Both the position numbers and the translations under genes were made by a program. Under the pieces are notes generated by a model. That model made no database searches and was not told the DNA's origin. It worked only from the letters and a program-made list of their open reading frames with translations. Positions 27,208 through 38,650 of a stretch of 64,000 nucleotides of DNA are shown here, one piece after another (position 1 is the first letter of the stretch; each line of letters begins with the position of its first letter). The DNA lies in the NCBI GenBank assembly GCA_964016885.1, contig OZ024742.1, forward strand, positions 282,968,001-283,032,000. Direction: 5' to 3'. The stretch comes from Eledone cirrhosa. Its lineage: Eukaryota.

Positions 27208-27533
27208 GCATGGCTGGCTACTGCTCCGTATGCATATGAGTTTCATCAGCTCATAGGCATAGGCAAAAATCTATAAGATTTTAGCTTCTTTTAAACTCAG
27301 CAGAAGTTAGGAGGAATGTAGTCTTGATAAATGCAAAAGAGCCAGAAACAACACATTGTTGATTCCTTCCCCCTGCCTTTGCTGAGGTTGGGTGTGTGAT
27401 GTTAGTAACAACCTTAAAAATTCATACCAAAAGTCTCTCAAATGTTTTTCATAAACATCCTGTATATCATCCAATATACAATACATACATATATGTGTAG
27501 ACTGCTATGCTGGAGCACCAATACAAATTTTAT

Positions 27534-27565
<32 letters not shown>

Positions 27566-27597
27566 CCTCAAACATCCATTTTCTAGGCTAGCATAGG

Positions 27598-27666
<69 letters not shown>

Positions 27667-27959
27667 CGGAAACATAAATTGCAGAATAAGAAAGAACTGG
27701 GATCTATTTTCAAAACTGGTTCTTCAAGGAGGCACTACCATTTCCTGACAATTCCAAATAATTCATTTTTTTCACCATCTCAATGCTTGAGATTCTCCTT
27801 CCTTAGTTGTTTGTTATATTATTTTATGAACATTTTCATTTATTTATTTTCATGAATATATATTTTTTTATTAATTTTAATTTTATTTTTCAAAATTATT
27901 GAAATGAATTTTTCTATTTCGTTAAAAGTGGTTGTTTGTGTTTGGTTTATGTGGTCTGG

Positions 27960-28660
27960 AGCAAGCAATGAAAATGCTATGGTTTGTAGGGGTGAGATTT
28001 ATAACAATGATGATGATGCAGAGTATTGATGATGTGGTGTGGTGGTACAGAGATGTAATTGTGTGCTAGTCTAATGATTTTATGTTCTAGTGGTGTGGCA
28101 ATGTGAGGTAGTGTAGTAGTAGTGTAGTGGTCTGGTAGTGTAGCAGTGGGGTAGTCTGATGGCAGTATGATGATACAGTGGTGTATATAATGTGGTAGTG
28201 TAGTGTGATGGTATGGTGATATAATGATTTGGTGTTGTGGGTGTATAGATCCAATGGTGGTAAGGTGTGATGGTGCAGTGGTAAGGTAGTGTAGTGGTGT
28301 GTTGGTGTAGCAGTGTAGTAACATGTGTGTGTGTTTGGTGGGTTTGATGGTGTGGCGGTATGCTGTTGTAGTAGTGTGTGTGTGTTCGGTGGTGTTTGAT
28401 GGTGTGGTGGTGTGTTGTAGCAGTGTAGTGATGTGCAAGCATGATGGTGGTGTGCTAGCTTAGCAGTATGGCAAAGTGGTGTAGTAGTATGTGTGTGTGT
28501 GTGTTTAAGGGGGTCTGATGGTGTGGTGATGGGTTGTTGTAGCAGTGTAGTGATGCGCAAGCCTGATGGTGGTGTGTTAGCTTAGCGGTATGGCAGAGGG
28601 GTGTGTTGGTGTAGTAGTGAAGTAGTATATGTGGTGGAGGACTGTCAGTATAGTGGTATG
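27960..28660. repeat. GT-rich low-complexity degenerate tandem repeat
   Basis: Repeated gtagcagtgtagtgatg / ggtggtgtg units. Confidence 0.7.
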
Positions 28661-29910
28661 TCAAAATGGTGGCAGGAACAGGGATGGAGATTGGAGTGAG
28701 GATGATAAAAAGAATTTATCATTATTACATTTAAAAAAATTATTTTATAGAATAATGATTTTCAAATAATGTCAAGGGTTGTTTTAATTGTATTCTAGTT
28801 TGCTTTGTATAGTTTTTTTTTAATATTTTTTTTTTGTTTTTTTTTTAGTATATTGAAATTAATGTTGATTTGTAGTTAAATTATTTGTAGTAGGGGAGGG
28901 TCAAAGGTGTGTGTGTGTCTGTGTGCAATGACTTTACTACACATTTGTTCTCCCACTCCATCATTCCTTCTACTACAACTACTACTACCACTACTACTGC
29001 CACCACCAAAACTGCTATCACCACCATTACTACTACTACTGAAATAGAAGCAGAAAGTTTTGATATCTTTAACACTTCTTTGACCATATTGTTTGGTTTA
29101 AACAAAATAAACCTTCTGTTTCATCAATTGATTATTTCTAAAAATATTTGAATAATACAGCAATTTGTGACCTTGTACCTATGTCAGAAATAAGTTTTGA
29201 AGGGAAGAGGAAAGACAATTAAATCAATCCCAAATGTATTACTGGTACTTTATTTTTACCCCATAAGGATGAAAGGCAAAGTTAACATTGACAGGATTTG
29301 AACTCAGAATGTAAAGAGATGTAGTAGTGAACGTAAAGAGACGTTGTAGTGCACCTGAGCACTGTACACAATAAAGAAACCATTATTATTATAAAACTTG
29401 TAACTATATGCCACAAAGATTGTCCAATGCTTTACCAATACTGTCAATAAATTTCAATAATAATAAAAGTAATGATAAATTATAAGTATGGGCATAAGGT
29501 CAGAAATTTATGTGGAAAGGAATGTCAATTGCACTGACTCCAGAGCTTGACTGGCCACATTATTTTGACCCTAGAAGGATGACAGGCAAAGTTGGCCTCA
29601 ACAGAATTTGAACTTGAGAAACACAGAGCCAAAAGAAATACTATGAGATATATTGTTTGACACTCTAACAATTCTGCCAATATACTGCGTTGATGAGGAT
29701 GTCAGGGATGGTGGTATCAACGACGACAATGATTAGACACAAGGCCAGCGATTTGGGAAGGATCGAAAGCAAAGTTGATATCAGTGGGAATTGAACTTAG
29801 AGCATAACAATGGTTTCTACTTTTGGCACAAGGCCAGCAATTTGAAGGGAAGGGGAAAGTCGATTAAATCGACCCCAGTACCCCTCCCCTCTCTTGCCAT
29901 TGGATTCAGG

Positions 29911-30255
29911 CATGGAGTCACATGGCTTAGTGGTAGAGCATTGGCCTTGCAATCGAAAGGTTGTGAGTTCAATTCTCAGACCGGGTGATGTGTTGTTTCC
30001 TTGAGCAAGACACTTCATTTCACATTGCTCCAGTTTACTCAGCTGTAGAAATGAGATGATAGGGACTGGGGTCCCTATCATTCCACTGTAAAGTGGTCGT
30101 GGAGGTGCCACGGCAAAAAAGCACCCAGCGCTCATTGTAAATGAGGTTGGTGTTAGGAAGGGCATCCAGCTGTAGAAATCAAGCCAGAATCAGTTCCCGT
30201 CCCACCCTTGCAAGCAGGGAAAAAGCAGACGTAAAATGAAATGATGATGATGATC
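29911..30255 (+). mobile_element. Full-length SINE family B
   Basis: A box TGGCTTAGTGG, B box GAGTTCAATTC, central GTTTCCTTGAGCAAGACAC (CORE/V-like), GGAAGGGCATCCAGCTGTAGAAA and a (ATG)n tail. Near-identical to 60988-61310 (+) and 44640-44945 (-). Confidence 0.85.
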
Positions 30256-31091
30256 CACTTTGTAATCATGAAGCCCCAGGTTCTAACCCACTGCATGGCT
30301 TCTTGGGCAAGTATCTTTACCATAACCTCAAGTTGACCCAAGCCTTATGAATGAAATGTATAGGTAGACAAATAGTGCTGAAGCTCATTAAATATATTCA
30401 AAACTCCAGCCTTGTCACACACCATGTCATACTGATTCAGTTTATGAACTATGTTAAGAGTGCAGCACATGTCTGTGGTATACTCAACCACTTATATGTT
30501 AATTAACGAGTAAGTAATCCACTTGATTGATGAACAATTAAAAAGTCATTATTGAAGCCTACAGAGGGTTCATCACTTACAATTCTCTCCCACCTTTCGG
30601 TAAATTTACTGTTGGAAACTGGTCCTGCTCCACATCTGCCTTCGTTAATAGGAAGTCTTTACTCTTAGAGTTTTATATGCAATTCTGAAAAACATTTATA
30701 TAGCTGTATCACCACCACCATCATCATTTTTGCATCCACTTTCCATACTACCATAGGTTGGATGATATATATATATATATATATATATATATTGAAACAA
30801 AATGAAAACGAAATTTCATTTCTCACTCTTAGTATGGCACTTACTTAAATGTAAGTATGCATGTATACGTACATACATATATGTATACAGACGTACAGTA
30901 GCATGCACATATATATATATATATATACATATATATATACATATGCATACAGGTACACATACATATATGCACGTATCTGTTTAGCGGCGCTAACGTCGCT
31001 TTGTTCGTTTGTAAACAAACTGAACAGCCTGAATTTATGCCATACGGTGTTAAGGCAACCACGTCACCTTTTTGTTCAACACTGACACAGG

Positions 31092-31136
31092 AACGATGTA
31101 CTAGTTTCAAGCTTGTTAGCTATCATCAGCACCGTT
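31092..31136 (-). ncRNA. Minimal type I hammerhead ribozyme (also at 31560-31604 and 32030-32074)
   Basis: Exact reverse complement of 32698-32742. Confidence 0.88.
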
Positions 31137-32616
31137 TACCCATCTGCCAGATAGTTGAACGTTCGAAAGTATATACTTTCCTTATGAAAATTAACGGCTG
31201 AGCAGCCTAATTTGCATATTGAGTGAGTTAAATCGGTCAGGCATACCGAAAACGATAAATTGAAACAAAATGAAAACGAAATTTCATTTCTCACTCTTAG
31301 TATGGCACTTACTTAAATGTAAGTATGCATGTATACGTACATACATATATGTATACAGACGTACAGTAGCATGCACATATATATATATATATATACATAT
31401 ATATATACATATGCATACAGGTACACATACATATATGCACGTATCTGTTTAGCGGCGCTAACGTCGCTTTGTTCGTTTGTAAACAAACTGAACAGCCTGA
31501 ATTTATGCCATACGGTGTTAAGGCAACCACGTCACCTTTTTGTTCAACACTGACACAGGAACGATGTACTAGTTTCAAGCTTGTTAGCTATCATCAGCAC
31601 CGTTTACCCATCTGCCAGATAGTTGAACGTTCGAAAGTATATACTTTCCTTATGAAAATTAACGGCTGAGCAGCCTAATTTGCATATTGAGTGAGTTAAA
31701 TCGGTCAGGCATACCGAAAACGATAAATTGAAACAAAATGAAAACGAAATTTCATTTCTCACTCTTAGTATGGCACTTACTTAAATGTAAGTATGCATGT
31801 ATACGTACATACATATATGTATACAGACGTACAGTAGCATGCACATATATATATATATATATATACATATATATATACATATGCATACAGGTACACATAC
31901 ATATATGCACGTATCTGTTTAGCGGCGCTAACGTCGCTTTGTTCGTTTGTAAACAAACTGAACAGCCTGAATTTATGCCATACGGTGTTAAGGCAACCAC
32001 GTCACCTTTTTGTTCAACACTGACACAGGAACGATGTACTAGTTTCAAGCTTGTTAGCTATCATCAGCACCGTTTACCCATCTGCCAGATAGTTGAACGT
32101 TCGAAAGTATATACTTTCCTTATGAAAATTAACGGCTGAGCAGCCTAATTTGCATATTGAGTGAGTTAAATCGGTCAGGCATACCGAAAACGATAAATTG
32201 AAACAAAATGAAAACGAAATTTCATTTCTCACTCTTAGTATGATAGCTAACAAGCTTGAAACTAGTACATCGTTCCTGTGTCAGTGTTGAACAAAAAGGT
32301 GACGTGGTTGCCTTAACACCGTATGGCATAAATTCAGGCTGTTCAGTTTGTTTACAAACGAACAAAGCGACGTTAGCGCCGCTAAACAGATACGTGCATA
32401 TATGTATGTGTACCTGTATGCATATGTATATATATATGTATATATATATATATATATGTGCATGCTACTGTACGTCTGTATACATATATGTATGTACGTA
32501 TACATGCATACTTACATTTAAGTAAGTGCCATACTAAGAGTGAGAAATGAAATTTCGTTTTCATTTTGTTTCAATTTATCGTTTTCGGTATGCCTGACCG
32601 ATTTAACTCACTCAAT

Positions 32617-32624
32617 ATGCAAAT
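32617..32624 (+). promoter_or_regulatory. Octamer motif ATGCAAAT, one per 468-bp unit
   Basis: Exact match about 80 bp upstream of the HHR core. Function is inferred only. Confidence 0.35.
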
Positions 32625-32697
32625 TAGGCTGCTCAGCCGTTAATTTTCATAAGGAAAGTATATACTTTCGAACGTTCAACTATCTGGCAGATGGGTA

Positions 32698-32742
32698 AAC
32701 GGTGCTGATGATAGCTAACAAGCTTGAAACTAGTACATCGTT
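32698..32742 (+). ncRNA. Minimal type I hammerhead ribozyme (also starting at 33166, 33634, 34102, 34570, 35038, 35506, 35974)
   Basis: AACGGUG-CUGAUGA-U-AGCU-AACA-AGCU-U-GAAA-CUAG-UA-CAUCGUU. Stem I is 7 bp, the core is intact, stem II is 4 bp, loop III is the palindrome CUAG and the triplet is GUA. Predicted cleavage after 32735. Confidence 0.9.
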
Positions 32743-35700
32743 CCTGTGTCAGTGTTGAACAAAAAGGTGACGTGGTTGCCTTAACACCGTATGGCATAAA
32801 TTCAGGCTGTTCAGTTTGTTTACAAACGAACAAAGCGACGTTAGCGCCGCTAAACAGATACGTGCATATATGTATGTGTACCTGTATGCATATGTATATA
32901 TATATGTATATATATATATATATATGTGCATGCTACTGTACGTCTGTATACATATATGTATGTACGTATACATGCATACTTACATTTAAGTAAGTGCCAT
33001 ACTAAGAGTGAGAAATGAAATTTCGTTTTCATTTTGTTTCAATTTATCGTTTTCGGTATGCCTGACCGATTTAACTCACTCAATATGCAAATTAGGCTGC
33101 TCAGCCGTTAATTTTCATAAGGAAAGTATATACTTTCGAACGTTCAACTATCTGGCAGATGGGTAAACGGTGCTGATGATAGCTAACAAGCTTGAAACTA
33201 GTACATCGTTCCTGTGTCAGTGTTGAACAAAAAGGTGACGTGGTTGCCTTAACACCGTATGGCATAAATTCAGGCTGTTCAGTTTGTTTACAAACGAACA
33301 AAGCGACGTTAGCGCCGCTAAACAGATACGTGCATATATGTATGTGTACCTGTATGCATATGTATATATATATGTATATATATATATATATATGTGCATG
33401 CTACTGTACGTCTGTATACATATATGTATGTACGTATACATGCATACTTACATTTAAGTAAGTGCCATACTAAGAGTGAGAAATGAAATTTCGTTTTCAT
33501 TTTGTTTCAATTTATCGTTTTCGGTATGCCTGACCGATTTAACTCACTCAATATGCAAATTAGGCTGCTCAGCCGTTAATTTTCATAAGGAAAGTATATA
33601 CTTTCGAACGTTCAACTATCTGGCAGATGGGTAAACGGTGCTGATGATAGCTAACAAGCTTGAAACTAGTACATCGTTCCTGTGTCAGTGTTGAACAAAA
33701 AGGTGACGTGGTTGCCTTAACACCGTATGGCATAAATTCAGGCTGTTCAGTTTGTTTACAAACGAACAAAGCGACGTTAGCGCCGCTAAACAGATACGTG
33801 CATATATGTATGTGTACCTGTATGCATATGTATATATATATGTATATATATATATATATATGTGCATGCTACTGTACGTCTGTATACATATATGTATGTA
33901 CGTATACATGCATACTTACATTTAAGTAAGTGCCATACTAAGAGTGAGAAATGAAATTTCGTTTTCATTTTGTTTCAATTTATCGTTTTCGGTATGCCTG
34001 ACCGATTTAACTCACTCAATATGCAAATTAGGCTGCTCAGCCGTTAATTTTCATAAGGAAAGTATATACTTTCGAACGTTCAACTATCTGGCAGATGGGT
34101 AAACGGTGCTGATGATAGCTAACAAGCTTGAAACTAGTACATCGTTCCTGTGTCAGTGTTGAACAAAAAGGTGACGTGGTTGCCTTAACACCGTATGGCA
34201 TAAATTCAGGCTGTTCAGTTTGTTTACAAACGAACAAAGCGACGTTAGCGCCGCTAAACAGATACGTGCATATATGTATGTGTACCTGTATGCATATGTA
34301 TATATATATGTATATATATATATATATATGTGCATGCTACTGTACGTCTGTATACATATATGTATGTACGTATACATGCATACTTACATTTAAGTAAGTG
34401 CCATACTAAGAGTGAGAAATGAAATTTCGTTTTCATTTTGTTTCAATTTATCGTTTTCGGTATGCCTGACCGATTTAACTCACTCAATATGCAAATTAGG
34501 CTGCTCAGCCGTTAATTTTCATAAGGAAAGTATATACTTTCGAACGTTCAACTATCTGGCAGATGGGTAAACGGTGCTGATGATAGCTAACAAGCTTGAA
34601 ACTAGTACATCGTTCCTGTGTCAGTGTTGAACAAAAAGGTGACGTGGTTGCCTTAACACCGTATGGCATAAATTCAGGCTGTTCAGTTTGTTTACAAACG
34701 AACAAAGCGACGTTAGCGCCGCTAAACAGATACGTGCATATATGTATGTGTACCTGTATGCATATGTATATATATATGTATATATATATATATATATGTG
34801 CATGCTACTGTACGTCTGTATACATATATGTATGTACGTATACATGCATACTTACATTTAAGTAAGTGCCATACTAAGAGTGAGAAATGAAATTTCGTTT
34901 TCATTTTGTTTCAATTTATCGTTTTCGGTATGCCTGACCGATTTAACTCACTCAATATGCAAATTAGGCTGCTCAGCCGTTAATTTTCATAAGGAAAGTA
35001 TATACTTTCGAACGTTCAACTATCTGGCAGATGGGTAAACGGTGCTGATGATAGCTAACAAGCTTGAAACTAGTACATCGTTCCTGTGTCAGTGTTGAAC
35101 AAAAAGGTGACGTGGTTGCCTTAACACCGTATGGCATAAATTCAGGCTGTTCAGTTTGTTTACAAACGAACAAAGCGACGTTAGCGCCGCTAAACAGATA
35201 CGTGCATATATGTATGTGTACCTGTATGCATATGTATATATATATGTATATATATATATATATATGTGCATGCTACTGTACGTCTGTATACATATATGTA
35301 TGTACGTATACATGCATACTTACATTTAAGTAAGTGCCATACTAAGAGTGAGAAATGAAATTTCGTTTTCATTTTGTTTCAATTTATCGTTTTCGGTATG
35401 CCTGACCGATTTAACTCACTCAATATGCAAATTAGGCTGCTCAGCCGTTAATTTTCATAAGGAAAGTATATACTTTCGAACGTTCAACTATCTGGCAGAT
35501 GGGTAAACGGTGCTGATGATAGCTAACAAGCTTGAAACTAGTACATCGTTCCTGTGTCAGTGTTGAACAAAAAGGTGACGTGGTTGCCTTAACACCGTAT
35601 GGCATAAATTCAGGCTGTTCAGTTTGTTTACAAACGAACAAAGCGACGTTAGCGCCGCTAAACAGATACGTGCATATATGTATGTGTACCTGTATGCATA

Positions 35701-36259
35701 TGTATATATATATGTATATATATATATATATATGTGCATGCTACTGTACGTCTGTATACATATATGTACGTACGTATACATGCATACTTACATTTAAGTA
35801 AGTGCCATACTAAGAGTGAGAAATGAAATTTCGTTTTCATTTTGTTTCAATTTATCGTTTTCGGTATGCCTGACCGATTTAACTCACTCAATATGCAAAT
35901 TAGGCTGCTCAGCCGTTAATTTTCATAAGGAAAGTATATACTTTCGAACGTTCAACTATCTGGCAGATGGGTAAACGGTGCTGATGATAGCTAACAAGCT
36001 TGAAACTAGTACATCGTTCCTGTGTCAGTGTTGAACAAAAAGGTGACGTGGTTGCCTTAACACCGTATGGCATAAATTCAGGCTGTTCAGTTTGTTTACA
36101 AACGAACAAAGCGACGTTAGCGCCGCTAAACAGATACGTGCATATATGTATGTGTACCTGTATGCATATGTATATATATATGTATATATATATATATATA
36201 TGTGCATGCTACTGTACGTCTGTATACATATATGTATGTACGTATACATGCATACTTAC

Positions 36260-36297
<38 letters not shown>

Positions 36298-37669
36298 AAA
36301 ACAGATGTTAAATGATGTATATATGACTGATATACATAAACACACACATATATATGGCTGATATACATATATATATATACACACACACACATATACATAT
36401 ATATATATATATATACACACATACACACACATATATGGAAAACGGATGTTAAATGATGCTGATATATATCTATATCTGTGTGTGTGGTTCTTTGTTTTTT
36501 GTTTTTTTTCTTATAATTCTTTGTTTCTTGGGTTTTATTTTTTAGCTTTATCTGCTGCCAAATTATTTTCATCCTTGTTCACTCATTCGTGTAATTTATG
36601 AAATGTCTTTGTATATCACCATATCACTGTATGATGTTATGCTTCACTGATTTGATATGTTAGATATATGACAAGTTGATAATATAGCTGTATCACAAAT
36701 ATAAACATTTTATATCCAGAGGAGTGAGGCAGGGAGAAATGTAAATGTTTTAGTTTTAAAATAGCCAAATGACCCTGGAACCCAACCTAGAACTCATCCA
36801 AAGAGGAAACCTTCAGCATGTCTATTGATTGGTGTTGATTGCGATGGGGTGGAAGAAGGGTGGGGGTGTAAGGAAAGATCAACAGGAGTTTCAGAAGTTT
36901 CTAGTTTGGTAACCTATTGCTGAACTGGTGCTACCATATGTCAAAATGATATCTAGTTGATAAACTTATACTACTCTATATATATGTGTAGGCATGACTG
37001 TGTGGCAAAGGAGTTCATTACCCACTGTGTGGCACCTAAGGCAAGTGTTCTCTACTATAGCCTTGAGTTGAACAATGCCTTACATGTGAAATTTGGCTGA
37101 CAGGAACTGGTTTGGGCTTCAGTCACACTGTATGGTATTTTGGGGCATGTGTCTTTGTTTATTATTTTAACCTTTAGCTGACCAATGCCTTATGAGGGAA
37201 ATTTGATAGATGGAAGCTGTGCAGAATCCCATTGTGTTTGTGTTTATATGTATGTATATCATCATCATCATCATTATCATCATCATTTAATGTCCAATTG
37301 TTCACGCTACCATGGATTAGACAACTTGTTCCATTTGTTACAAGGCAAGTCAGATGACTGTCTTTCTCATACAGAACTGATTCTGGTTTGGTTTCTATGG
37401 CTGGATGCCATCAGTGTGGACTGGGTTTTTTTATCATGGCACCAAAACGACCTCATTATAGTATGGGCTGGGTGCTTTTTGTTGTGACACCAACATGACC
37501 ACTTTACAGTGTGGACTGGCCAATTTTTTTTTTTGCATCATCCACAGAACACTTTACAGTGTCACAGAGCGAATGCAAGCCAACTATGACCGGTGCCAGC
37601 TACAGGTCTTTCTGAACAAAGAAACAAAATGGAAAATGTGTGTGTGCATATATATCTATTTATATATAT

Positions 37670-38017
37670 ATACTATAAGAATAAAGGAACAAAGAGTCAG
37701 TGTTGCATCAAGGCATATTTAATAACAGATTACATATGTTTCATTGTCAATCAGCTCGAGGAACGATCTATTATTGATTGAACCTGACTCTGGAATCGAA
37801 AGATCCTCAGATATGCCTTAGTATGTAAGCTTGTCTCCGATTCTGTCATACCGAGCTTACATACCGAAGCATATCTGAGGATCTTTCGATTCCAGAGTCA
37901 GGTTCAATCAATAATAGATCGTTCCTCGAGCTGATCGACAGTGAAACATATGTAATATGTTATTAAATATATGCTATGATGCAACACTGACTCTTTGTTC
38001 CTTTATTCTTATAGTAT
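37670..38017. mobile_element. Palindrome (arms of about 163 bp, 22-bp spacer) carrying HHRs; Penelope-like
   Basis: 37670-37831 matches the reverse complement of 37854-38017 with a few mismatches. Tail gcatcgagcgctc at about 38037-38049; TA-rich flanks. Confidence 0.9.
37869..37960 (+). ncRNA. Type I hammerhead with a stem II insertion of about 60 nt
   Basis: GCAUAU-CUGAGGA-UCUU-UCGAU...AUCGA-CAGU-GAAA-CAUAUG-UA-AUAUGU, then AUUAAA. Predicted cleavage after 37954. Confidence 0.75.
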
Positions 38018-38144
38018 TATACTCTTATCTGCGCAAGCATCGAGCGCTCACCCGGCATACCACTTATGGACACAATTTTCTTGCACCTATACACCTATAT
38101 ATATATATATATATTTATTAAAATACGAGATTAAAGTTTAAGCT

Positions 38145-38330
38145 AAGAATCGGTGCTTTCACCCTTAACGGGATCTTCTGAAACTAAAAAAAAATCAATC
38201 TGTGAATGCAGAAGTAAATATTTTCGAAAAACATTGCAACCGAAGGAAAGCAGTGATTCTTTGCTTGCGTTCACAGATTGATTTTTTTTAGTTCCAGAAG
38301 ATCCTGTTAAGGGTGAAAGCAGCGATTCTT
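38145..38330. mobile_element. Imperfect palindrome with decayed HHR-like core, between TA tracts
   Basis: Arms aagaatc...ctgtgaa / ttcacag...gattctt. The right arm reads CAGAAGA-UCCU-GUUA-AGGG-U-GAAA. Confidence 0.6.
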
Positions 38331-38499
38331 TGCTTAAACTTTTATCTGTTATTTTAATATAGATATATATATATATAATTATATATTCGTGTACAGATAT
38401 TTTTGCATACACAATAACAAAATATAAGCAAATGTATTTATTTCACGAGGTTCGATAAGGATAAATATATATCAACTATATAAGAACCCTAGAGCAAAT

Positions 38500-38527
38500 C
38501 CCGAGCAATGCCGGGCCATTTTGCTAG
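38500..38527 (+). mobile_element. Helitron-like 3' terminus
   Basis: Hairpin CCCG-AGCAATGC-CGGG followed 8 nt later by CTAG and then T. Confidence 0.6.
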
Positions 38528-38534
38528 TTATTAT

Positions 38535-38650
38535 TCTGAGTTCAAATCCTGCCGAGGTTAACTTTGCCGTTCATCCTTACGGGGGCGATAAAATAAAGTA
38601 CCAGTAATGTACTGGGTTTTGGTGGCCTTGTGCCTAAAGTAGAAGCAATT
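38535..38650 (+). mobile_element. SINE family A, partial
   Basis: ctgagttcaaatcctgccgaggttaactttgcc...ggccttgtgcc. Confidence 0.8.

Larger units (their letters stand above)
30791..36264. repeat. 468-bp hammerhead-ribozyme tandem array (retrozyme/satellite-like) with an internal inversion
   Basis: About 3.1 units with the HHR on - (30791-32242), then about 8.6 units with the HHR on + (32240-36264). The 468 period is also visible in the ORF track. The only differences seen are one extra TA near 31850 and T>C at 35769. (TA)n lies on both sides. Confidence 0.97.

Noticed and set aside
29911-29990. tRNA gene
   Set aside because: A and B boxes are present, but they continue into a multi-copy SINE body and no complete cloverleaf forms.
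32608-32618. CACTCAATA in the 468-bp unit as the same tail motif as in the palindromic elements
   Set aside because: Its orientation relative to the HHR is opposite to that in the palindromes, and the match is too short.
30791-36264. Array as CRISPR, 5S rDNA, tRNA or snRNA cluster
   Set aside because: There are no variable spacers, and I see no 5S, tRNA cloverleaf or known snRNA sequence. The HHR motif explains the unit better.
30802-36311. Repeated 60-133 aa ORFs in the 468-bp array as a tandem gene cluster
   Set aside because: They are short, overlap on both strands, cross a TA microsatellite and change frame with a 2-bp indel. No domain is recognisable.
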